Source of the DNA: Octopus vulgaris
Lineage: Eukaryota
Direction of reading: 5' to 3'
NCBI GenBank assembly: GCA_951406725.2
Contig: OX597823.1
Coordinates: 32,674,001 to 32,738,000 of the forward strand
DNA: 64,000 nucleotides
Part shown: positions 54,001 through 64,000 of the stretch, in pieces
How positions within the stretch are numbered: position 1 is the stretch's first letter
Layout of the letters: each line of letters begins with the position of its first letter
Notes under the pieces: model-generated
Told to the model about the DNA's origin: nothing
Database searches by the model: none
The model's input: the letters and a program-made list of their open reading frames with translations, nothing else
Position numbers and translations under genes: made by a program

Positions 54001-54774
54001 TTCACTCTAAGGGTGAGGCCCTTCATTACACTCTGAACTTCACCCAGCCCAAGAATAAGCTGGGCGAAGTTCAATGGTTTTTAATTGTTTAAACTATTTA
54101 GAGCAGTTCTTTACTTGGCAATGGCTACACTGCTGCTGTTGCTTCTTCTTGTAGTAACAGTAGTAGCTCTGGTTTATGAGTACTTTATTTCTCTTTGCCC
54201 TTATTCAGCCAGTGAGATCTTTTATAGCTTCTCTTGTTGAAAAGGGGAATTAGTCATAGCTATTAATTTCATATCATCCTGATGATGAGACCTGTAAGAT
54301 GAAAGTTGTCAGTTCTAATGTAAACTTCATTATGCTGATTGCTTCCTTGCATAAATGGTGGAATGATTTTTTTCAGTTGAGGGGGTAATTAGAAGCATTA
54401 ACATCTGAAGAATGTCAACACCTTCCTCAGAACCTATTTATATTTGATATAGTTTCCTCACTAAGAATATCCTGATATTTTTGGCATGTACTCTTATTCC
54501 AGCCGTGTTGGGTTGTGCAACTGAACTTCAGAGACCTTTCAGCAGTATCAAACAAGAGTTGTGTAGTGATAATGGTAGGATGGGTATTTCTTGATGTCAG
54601 CTTTGCTTCATCTCATTTCTCAATTGAAACCCTTCTAAGATGGTGGTGCTGGTGGTGGCAGTGTTGAAAGTAACCTTCGGGTAGTGTATTTCAGCCCACC
54701 ACATACTGCCTAATGTAACAGCATGTAATGGGAAAGAGTGTAACAGAATGATTGATTAAAGAGGAGTATCTTGT

Positions 54775-55001
54775 AGTAAAGATTGTTTGCTAACATAACA
54801 TGGCAGTCCTGGCTTAGGACTAATGTTGCTGTAATTTAGCCCCAGGAGACATCGTCTCCAGCTGGCTATATGATACGATCTGTGTCCTTATATTTTCGAA
54901 CAAGGGAATCTAACACCCCCACTCAGCTTAAAACAATATCTGTGTATCGCTATTTCCGGGTTCTTTCCCTTCATCAGCACAGAATAATTGTTCGGCTAGA
55001 G
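54775..55001 (-). mobile_element. Penelope-type insertion (family P1), single arm with intact hammerhead core
   Basis: Perfect 14-bp TSD gaggagtatcttgt (54761-54774, 55002-55015). Minus-strand CTGTG-CTGATGA-AGGGaaagaaCCCG-GAAA-TAGCGATA-CACAG at 54940-54982. Confidence 0.8.
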
Positions 55002-55774
55002 GAGGAGTATCTTGTTTTAATGGATGGGTTAAGACAGTTTGGCATCTCCTCGCCTATAATGTCTTCATATCCATATTTCAGCAGCCTGAAATGTCTGTCT
55101 GTCTGTTTAAGAAGCACAAGTGTGAAGGGGTGGAAATAGTGAGAGACAAATATAAGCAGTGAAAACTTCCACTGGCAGAATGAGATAGGAATGGTTACAT
55201 TACTCAGCACTGAAACTTCACTACACCAATATCATAATATGAAGTATTATATGTAACATTTCTGTAATCCTCCATAAATATTCAATCACTTAACAAATCG
55301 GCCAAAGGAAATGAATACCAAATGAAACCTCTCAAAATTCGAACCTGTGATAGTTAGGAATACCTACATCCAGTTTTGCACTATTTTCTGATAACATATT
55401 AATAAAAAAATGATAGAAGATTAACCTAGTCTGCATAGGAAATTAGAATGGAACACTATCACCCCCCCACACACACATACACACCATGACCTATGACAGA
55501 ATAAGATCCCCATAAACTAATAATATGAAACTAATACAATACACAAATAAATAAATGGAACTAAATAACTATATACATTAACAAAATAAATTAAATACAA
55601 AAAGAAAGAAAAGAAAAAATAAGTAGATATAAATAAACAAATGAACAAAATAAATAAAAGCAAATTAAATGAACATGTATAAACAGGGGATACTAATAAT
55701 ACAGTCACATTCCCACACACACACACACACACTTACTAAACATAGACAGACACAGGAGTATATGAATACGTTAA

Positions 55775-56410
55775 GTAAAGACACATACAATAGGAATACA
55801 AAATGGCTGATCATTAGTAAGGAGAGACACACAAAAAAGAAAGAAGAAAGCAAAGGACCACTGGTGAGGTCACAGAAGTGTGACGAAAGAACTCTGGCCA
55901 AAACACGATTAATATAAAATAAAGCTGAAGCAAGTGAACACCAAATATATAGTGCATGTGTTTTCATTGGCAACATGACCGTCCCCAAATTTAAATAATC
56001 ATATTTGTATATAATCATTTACTGTACTCATTATTAAGCTAATTTGATTATAAGTAATTATATAATAATTAGTGCTTGAATACTTCTAGTCTTTACAATA
56101 TACCAAATATTCTTTCTAGAATATATTTGTTGTGCAAGATTTTTTATGTGAAGTCGTGTGTTGAAACAGATATTGTTATATTTCGGAATGGTCATTTTGC
56201 CAGTTTAGCCAATAAAAACACACGCACTATATATTTGGTGTTACTTTTGCTTCAGTGTTATTTATTTTTTACATTAATCTTAATCTTATTTCGGCCAGAA
56301 TTCTTTCGTCACACTCCTGTGACCGCATCAGTGGTCCTTTGTTTTCTTCTTTCTTATTTGTGTCTCTCCTTACTAACTGTCAGCCATTTTGTATTTCTAT
56401 TGTATGTCTT
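55775..56410. mobile_element. Two convergent copies of hammerhead-bearing repeat family P3
   Basis: 55775-55990 is inverted relative to 56180-56410; hammerhead motifs at 55856-55899 (+) and 56293-56336 (-). Confidence 0.7.
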
Positions 56411-56594
56411 CATTTGCACAGGGGTAATCAGTGACATGGTCATCCTGTTGGCATTAGATACTTGGTTCAAGTTCCACTAATGGATCTGTTGCTGTTTTAT
56501 GTACTTGACATTCTGTTTCTGATTAAAAACATTTCTTTTATACATATATTTTTTTTTGTTTTTTTATCTCTCTCTTTTTCTCTCTTTCCTATAG

Positions 56595-56697
56595 AACCCT
56601 GTTGCCCACTGCTGGTCAGAACCTGGGCACTTCAAGAGAAAGTTTTGCAATGTCTGTCGCAAAAGACTGGAAGACAGTCTTGGAATACGGTGTGAGA
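56595..56697 (+). CDS. DGKQ: Diacylglycerol kinase theta, internal exon (N-terminal half of C1B domain)
   Basis: Long pyrimidine tract ...ctctttcctatag, donor GAGA|gtaagt. 103 nt, phase 0 to phase 1. Translates NPVAHCWSEPGHFKRKFCNVCRKRLEDSLGIRCE; PVAHC...KRKFCxVCRK is characteristic of DGK-theta. In phase with both neighbouring exons. Confidence 0.95.
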
Positions 56698-56902
56698 GTA
56701 AGTTTTACAGTGATTTCTTTTTTTGTCTCCATTTCTTGTTTCTTTCTCATAAACTTTGGTTGACTTATAAAGTATATAAAAGTCATTAATGACAAATTCC
56801 TGTGTTGTAAAATATGTCATGTTGCAGAAATAGGATGATAGAACCTTAATTTCTTTGTAATAAATATGCCGTATGCTGTAGAAAAAGGTTTAAAAAATTT
56901 AT

Positions 56903-57597
56903 ACAGTTGAAAATCCTTCTTCTCAAACCTCCAAAATCTGAAAGCTTTTGAACACTGACATGACTAGCATCATTACTTATACAATACTTTAAAAATAAAA
57001 TGCTGACTTAGAAAATTGCTATTTTTAAATCTCACAAGAGATATTCAGCAACAGTAATTTGCAGTAAAGATTGTTTGCCAACATAACATGGCAGTCCTGG
57101 TTTAGGACAAATGTTGCTGTAATTTAGATCCAAGAGACATCGTCTCCAGCTGGCTATACGACACGATCTGCCAGGACTGCCATGTTATGTTGGCAAACAA
57201 TCTTTAAAAATAAAATGCTGACATTTATCAGTTTGCATTTTATTCACCTATTATCAGATTTAATGCTTTGTTTTATACCTTACATAAAACCTAACACCTG
57301 TATTGTAAAAAATAAAACACAGATGTCAGACATGTATTGTAATCTTTTAATTAAAATATCACATCATAAGTAGAGACTGATGACTTACCTTTCTGATAGT
57401 AATATACTTTAAAAATTATTAAAAATTCAGGGTATATATGTATAAACAATAATATGAAATATAGATGGACACTGTTTAGTCTTGGAATCGATCCCGAAGC
57501 TGTCCTATTTTGTAAATGCAAATATATAAATATTTTGAAATCTAAAAAACATTTGAAATTCACAAAGCTTTTGATCCCAGGAATTTTGGATCAACTG
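56903..57597. mobile_element. pogo/Tigger-like non-autonomous element interrupted by a P1 insertion
   Basis: Ends ta-cagttga... and ...tcaactg-ta; interior ccaaaatctgaaaa and atctaaaaaacatttgaaattc resemble pogo/Tigger MITEs. Confidence 0.55.
57008..57206. mobile_element. Penelope-type insertion (family P1): long inverted tail plus 36-nt sense stub
   Basis: 21-bp TSD ctttaaaaataaaatgctgac (56987-57007, 57202-57222), overlapping the element end by microhomology. Confidence 0.8.
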
Positions 57598-59700
57598 TAG
57601 ATACGTTAATTTTTATGGCCTCTTTGATTAATTATTACTAAAATTTTCATATTGATATTATTAGTATCTTATCAGAATTCTATTTTTATTCATTATAATC
57701 ATTTCCCATCTCTCATTCCCCCCTCTTGCAAACTCTGCACTTCTATACTCCTTATTCTTCTGTACCCTTTCACTTCTACTTACCTTGTACCTTGAAAATC
57801 CACCCAGATGCCTCATCACCATTATTTTAATTTTTTTATCACACTCCAACTCCACTCCAATCACTCCCACATCTTCTCAAATGTAACTCTATAGCTCCTC
57901 TAGAGCAAAAAAGTTTATTCTACCTTGGCCCTTTCTCTCATGCATCAACCCCTTATCTCCTAGCACAAAGTCACCTCTCTTGGAATTCATATCTTGCAAG
58001 CAGCATGGTAACCTCACTGGTGCTGGTAGCATGAAAAAAGCATCCATTAACATGCTGTAAAGTTCCAGCCATAGAAACCATACCAAAGTAGATAATGGAA
58101 CGTGATGCCATCCTCAAGCCTTTCAGATCCAGTTAAACCATCCAATGCATGTCAGCATGGAACATGAGCATTAAACTGGGAGGACAATGAAATATTTCAC
58201 TGCATTTTCTGTTGGAATCTTGAATCAGAATATTTTCAAATGCATGTACAACAACCTCAGCTTTAGAATTAGTGGTAACCTTATTTTGTGTGTCCACAAC
58301 TCTATCTTTCTAATTACGAAGGGTTTTATATTTTGTAACACCTGGTGTCCAATTGCACTTATTTCCAAACTTTTAGTTTCTGGTGCTATTGTAAATAATG
58401 TCATTGGTTAAAGATTTCCACTACTCCACCATCTTTGTGACTGTGGGACTTACAAAGAAGTATATGTGACTTGGGGGTAAGGACTTTGTCCTCAAAGAGG
58501 ACATCATTCAAAGATCACTAGATTTTTGTCAACATTTACAACCTTTATAGAAGTCAACACACACACACACATTCTTTCTATTATGATTATTGTATCATTG
58601 AGCCAACCAATGCTTTGTGAGAGGAACTGGCAGACAAACTGTATAAAAGCCTATCATTATGTGTGTGTGTGTGTCTGTCTTAATGTTTACATCCTGCAGC
58701 ATCCTTGCATAAAAGCACTGGGCAAAAAATGGTGACATGTTAACATTCCCAAGCAACAAATCTTCCTCCTGCTCTGCACTTGATTTCACTTGAAGATGAG
58801 TAGAATAAAAAGATCCATTACTTGAAAAACAAGTGTTATAACAGGAATGGCATCAAACTGTTAAAACAATACTTCAGTAAGAATTTGTCCAGCTCGTGCT
58901 AGCATGGAAAAACAGACATAAAAAGGAACAAGTTTCATAGAATTTGTTTCCTTATCTATTTAATGTTATCAGTTTTATTCAGTCTTTATTTTGAATCTTA
59001 CTTCAAATTAACCCATAATTTTGATATAACTTTTAATTGCTCTTAGATATATGTTAAATCTACAGTACTTGTGATGCTGTATATTGCCTTAGACACATGT
59101 TTTTATCTGTCTGTATCCATCCATCCATCTGTCCATCCCATCCTTCCTCCTTTGGTTGAGAAAAAAGAAGAGTTGAATAATATAGGGTTTACATAATGAG
59201 CAAACTTTCTTGTTACATTCTTGTCCTAAAATGTGAAGGAATTATTTCAGTAACTTAAACTGTTCAAAATTTCAAGTAGCAAGGATCCTGTCATTTTGAG
59301 ATAGATTAAAGCAGATTCTATGATGGAGCTTTGTAGCATATAACTTTATAATTAAAATGCTTTCCATATCAAATGTCTGTGTATATGATATAGAACTTAT
59401 TAATACAGAGGATCATGATCACTTTTCTGCTGAGACTAAAGATTATCTTCTCACTAACTCGTTCCAAAATTATTTTTAGCCAAGATTTGGCATGCAAAAA
59501 ATGTATCAAAGATACCTACTCTTTTTTAACCTAAAAATTCATGTGTAATATAATTTTTCAGGCAGATGTTGTTGTTTAATTTCTCAAAAGATATTTGCTT
59601 CTTTTAAGCACACAATTATAGATACATTAACCTCAAGTCATCATTTACTAAACGTACATGCCTGTTGCATAATATAAGTGTCAATATATAACTTACACAG

Positions 59701-59742
<42 letters not shown>

Positions 59743-60266
59743 ATTAAATTTGATATTTGTAACATCTATATTATTATATACTACAGAGTACAGTAAAGAA
59801 AACCTCAGAATCACCATTCTTCATATATGTTTCTACAGCAAAAGCACAGTGTATGCTAGTTCAAACCATGATGATTACTGAAAAAAAACATGATGAAACA
59901 TTAGCTAAATGAAGACACCATTACAACCTGCCTATCTTCATTAGCACCTCACCAATAGCCATGTAAAATATAAGAGGTTTTTCTGCCACACTCTGTATTA
60001 TTAGCACTGACTCATAACTACAGAGTCTTTGAATTTGGGTTGTATCCTAGCTAATTCTACCAGTTCTCTCTAAGTATTACTTTGGATAGAATTAACCCTC
60101 ACCAGACAAAAAAATAGTTGTTTTTTCCTCATGATTATGTTAAACATTTGTAAATGATGTATCAATCAACTAAACAAAATAAAAACTAATATTCTACAAC
60201 TGTTATAAAATTGACTTGAATATTTAAATTCCAGACTGTGATTCTTGTAATATATGTATTTTTCAG

Positions 60267-60355
60267 TTTGTGAATATTATGCACATATTGATTGTCAAGA
60301 TTTTGTTGTGAGTGATTGTAAAGAATGTGCAACATATATTCCACAAAGAGATCTG
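60267..60355 (+). CDS. DGKQ: Diacylglycerol kinase theta, internal exon (C-terminal half of C1B domain)
   Basis: Acceptor tatttttcag, donor CTG|gtgagt. 89 nt, phase 1 to phase 0. Translates (I)CEYYAHIDCQDFVVSDCKECATYIPQRDL, completing the C1 motif; overlaps ORF 60254..60442. Confidence 0.94.
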
Positions 60356-61485
60356 GTGAGTATTTCTCTCTCTGTTTACTCTCTTCTCCATCTGTCAGTC
60401 TTTCCCACCACCACTTCTTTCTGTAATACTGCTCTAATATAGCTGTCGTACTGTTTTAATATAACTAATACTGCTGAAATACTATTGTAATATAGCTGTA
60501 ATATTGATGTAATATAGTTGTAATATTGATGTAATATACTTGTAATAAGCTATAATGTAACTGGAATATAGCTGCAACACTGCTGCAATATTGATGTGAA
60601 ACTTGTGTAATATAGCATCTGGAATCTAATAATTCCTTTGACAACCAATCATACTTTACCATAATATATCAGGAGTGTATACACCCAGCAAACCTGTAAA
60701 CATAGCTATTAGTGAGGAGTTAACTAATTCATAGTGTATGTTTACCAAGTGATTTATTCCTTACTACTTCAATTTTTAGAGGGAGGTTACATTTTACTGA
60801 TGAAGTCCAAGTGTAACTGAAGCATGTTGAAAGTTGTCTCCCATGTCTGAGAAAATGAAATTATAAATCATTGACTAATGACATTTTAATGCTCTTTGTG
60901 TGAAATATGTTAAGACTGACTTAACTATTGATTTCCAAGTGGATCATAGTTGTTGTGTGATCTGTTATTTTCCAAATGATGTGTTAAGTCATTAGTATAT
61001 AGAATTACAAACTATTGGTTGTACCAATTGTTTTTTTTCTTTGCTTTGTCAGAGTGCCACCTCATAAACTCTGACATTTAGATTCTTCATTTTCATTTCA
61101 TCAAAGAATTCCTCTCAAAATAATCCTCCAGTTCTTCATTTATTTATAATTTCAAGATATGTCTGCTGCTAGTAGTAACACCTGTCTGTATTCCAACATT
61201 AATCTGTTAATAATATCTATCAATATTAATACCAAATATTTGTGATTTCAGGGTGCAACAGTTGCCTAGGGTATTGACTAAGCTGCACAAGTACACGTTC
61301 TAGTTGTTACGCTAACACTTTAGGTGCAGGCATGCCTTTGTGGTTGAAAAGCTCTCTTTGCAAGCACTTGGTTTAAGTCTCAATACCTCTGTGTAGCACT
61401 TTGGGCAAGTGTCTTCTAATATAACCCTGGGCCAATTAGTTGCTTGTGAGTGAATTTGGTAGAAGGAAATTTGGTAGAAGTCCTT

Positions 61486-61519
<34 letters not shown>

Positions 61520-61521
61520 TG

Positions 61522-61639
61522 TGTGTGCATGCATGTATATATGTATGTAAATATGTTTGTATTTCTGTATATATGTATATATATACATATATACAGAAAT
61601 ACAAACATATTTACATACATATATACATGCATGCACACA
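61522..61639. repeat. Perfect 118-bp spacerless palindrome
   Basis: Checked block by block around the axis 61580/61581; the 59-bp arms are exact reverse complements. Confidence 0.95.
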
Positions 61640-63975
61640 TGATTGGGTTGTCAGTGACTAAACCGGCACTCCCACCAGACTACCCTGGTGAGGAGGGTTG
61701 CTAGAAACCCGGCAGGATTAAAAACAAAACCTGTTGAAAGGTCGAATGAACTTAGTGCAGGCTCAATGGCTATCTAGCAATAGCACAGGTACGCAGAATT
61801 TCTGGGATGGTTTCCAATGTGCTAGAAGACTACTGGGAGAGGGGTACCCTTCAGCTTCTGTTGAAGCATGTCTCTAGGTGAAGGTCACTCTGATATAAAA
61901 GATGATATGCAGCAAATGGTATTGGACATTTTGGGGATCTTTGGTTTGTGCTAGAGATCATGGCTCTCCCACATCCCTGAGCCTGCAACTCATATTGGCA
62001 CCAGACATCTCACTCAGGCTTGTCAATAAAGTGTAGAGGGTCTATAAGGTATTGTGCAAGCCTTATTGGACCTAAAACTCTGCACAGGTTTTGCTGACTT
62101 CTGCTCAATATGCACTGTTTCTTTTTTCCCCTATATATGTTTATTTTATTTTCAGTATATATCTTTATTTTTAGTATATATTTATTTATTTTTAGTATAT
62201 TTTATTTTTATTCGGAAGTCCTGTAGTAATGGGAAGGTGGTGAAGCATGCAGACCTGATGGTTGGGAGCATGTAGTCAGCGACCTGCACATAGGCGTCCC
62301 ATGCTAGATATAACGTCATCTCCTTGTTGCCTATAACAGCAATAGAATTCACTTGCTGCATGGGTGTCTGAATAGCTCCATTTGGAGAGGGCACTGCTCA
62401 CCCAAAGGCTAGGGATCTTCTAGAAAAAATGAACCAAAAATTGCCTGTCTTTCTGTATCTGCTCAGTTTAGTGTGACTGACAGATGTCCACCCTGTGCTC
62501 AAAAAACAGAGTCTTTTTTTTTTTTACAAAATTTGGTTGGAACTTGAACATTTCATGTTGGAATGTGAACACTCTGTTGGATAACAAGAGTGATTGTAGG
62601 CCTCAAAGATGCACTGCACTTGTTGCTTGTGAGCTTAACTGCTATAACATTGATATACATGTACTATCAGGGATTCATATAGAAGGTGATGGTCAGCTTG
62701 AGGAAATAGGAGGTGGATACACCTTTTTTTGGAAGGGGAGGCTAAAGGAGGAGCGCAGAAAGGCTGGTGTTGGCTTTGAAGTTTGATCTGATATCCTTAA
62801 GAAGTTGGTGGAGCTTCCTGTTTCTATAAATGATTATCTAATGACTCTATAATTGCACCTGAAAGGTAGGCAGTTTGCTACTCTAATAGGTGCCTATGCA
62901 CCTACTTTGACTAGTTGTGATGAAGATAAAACTATTTGTTATATCCAGCTGAGAGCCATACTTAGGAAAATCTCCAATTCTGATAAAGTCATTCTACTGG
63001 GGGATTTCAATGCCAGGGTTGGAACAGACTGGCAAACATGGAACTCTCTAGGACATTTTGGTGTAGGGAAAATGAATAGCAATGGTCTCATACTGCTGGA
63101 GCTTTACTTTGCAAGCACTCATTTTATGCACAAAAATGATCACACAAAGTGGATTCAAGGTCTAAAGTTTGGCACTTGCTGGATTATGTCATCAGCTACA
63201 AGCATGACATCTATGATATTTGTGTGACATCTATGACATTTGTAATGTCAAGTCCTTTCATGGATCAGAATGCTGGACAGACCACAGTCTGGTGCAAGCA
63301 AATTCCCGGATGATGATTAGCGTGAAAGAGAGAAGAGGGCCAGTCGGCATTTCTCAATGTCTGAATGTCCACAAGATATATGATGCCGTGTTGAGGAAAG
63401 AGTTTCAAATCACTTGTCCAGCATTAAAAATACTGCAGCAAGGGAAGATTTTCGAGACCAGGTTCTTCAATGTGCTGCTGAAATACTGGGATATGCTACT
63501 GCCAGTCACAGAGACTGGTTTGATGAAAATGAGGCTGAAGTTCAGCAACTATTGGTTGTAAAGCACCATGTCCACAATGCATTGCTGCACCGAGGACTTT
63601 CAGCTGTGCAGCAAAATCTAGTACTTACCCATTATAGCAGTGTAAAATCACTGCTGCAGCAATCCTCAGAAAGATGCAGGACACTTGGTGGGAGGATCTT
63701 GCTCATGATGTTCAGGCTTCTGCTGATGCAAATGACAGCAAGAAGCTTTACCATCTTATGAAGTAATTTTATGGGCCTAAGAGCTCTGCATCAGCTCCTT
63801 TGCTTTCCAAGGAGTCTTCTACTCTATTTACTAAATCAATAGAAATTGCAGGTCGCTGGATTGAACACTTCTCTGAACTCCTAAACCATGGAGTCAGTTG
63901 TGGATGAAACACTGATTGATACTATGCAACAAAAAACTATCATTAGCTCCTTAAATTCCACACCCTCAATTTAGC
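61640..63975 (+). mobile_element. RTE (BovB/Expander-like) LINE, 5' region and AP endonuclease, frameshifted
   Basis: ORFs 62484..62786 (CWNVNTL, RPQRCTALVACEL, GYTFFWKG, AGVGF), 62853..63227 (ATLIGAYAPT, LLGDFNARVG), 63220..63561 (CWTDH) and 63414..63761 (HRDWFDEN). Confidence 0.9.
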
Positions 63976-64000
63976 GCCTTCAGACTATCATCTCTTCAAC

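Noticed and set aside
54277-54315. CTGATGA...GAAA spacing suggestive of a hammerhead
   Set aside because: No credible stem II or stem I pairing.

Overview
AT-rich, microsatellite- and repeat-dense animal genomic DNA. The SINE/LINE repertoire looks like that of octopod cephalopods (inference). Only one host gene is supportable: three in-phase + strand coding exons (50345-50424, 56595-56697, 60267-60355) encoding the second half of C1A and all of C1B of diacylglycerol kinase theta. The exon for the first half of C1A was not found, so bases 1-50344 are probably one very long intron. That intron carries tRNA-derived SINEs, RTE/R4/RNase H LINE relics, mariner and maT relics, and hAT, piggyBac, Merlin-like and pogo-like MITEs. 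Three signals stand out. (1) About six unrelated repeat families carry minimal type I hammerhead ribozyme motifs (CUGANGA...GAAA). They include a four-copy Penelope-type family with inverted ends, TSDs and a fixed internal 3' junction, and a tRNA-headed SINE fused to a hammerhead. (2) Several polypyrimidine-AG|GT motifs on the gene strand look like recursive splice sites, one followed by a 26-nt ATG micro-exon in phase with DGK-theta. (3) Many fold-back structures, a perfect 118-bp palindrome and a 105-bp local templated insertion. Everything was read by eye; no searches or folding programs were run.
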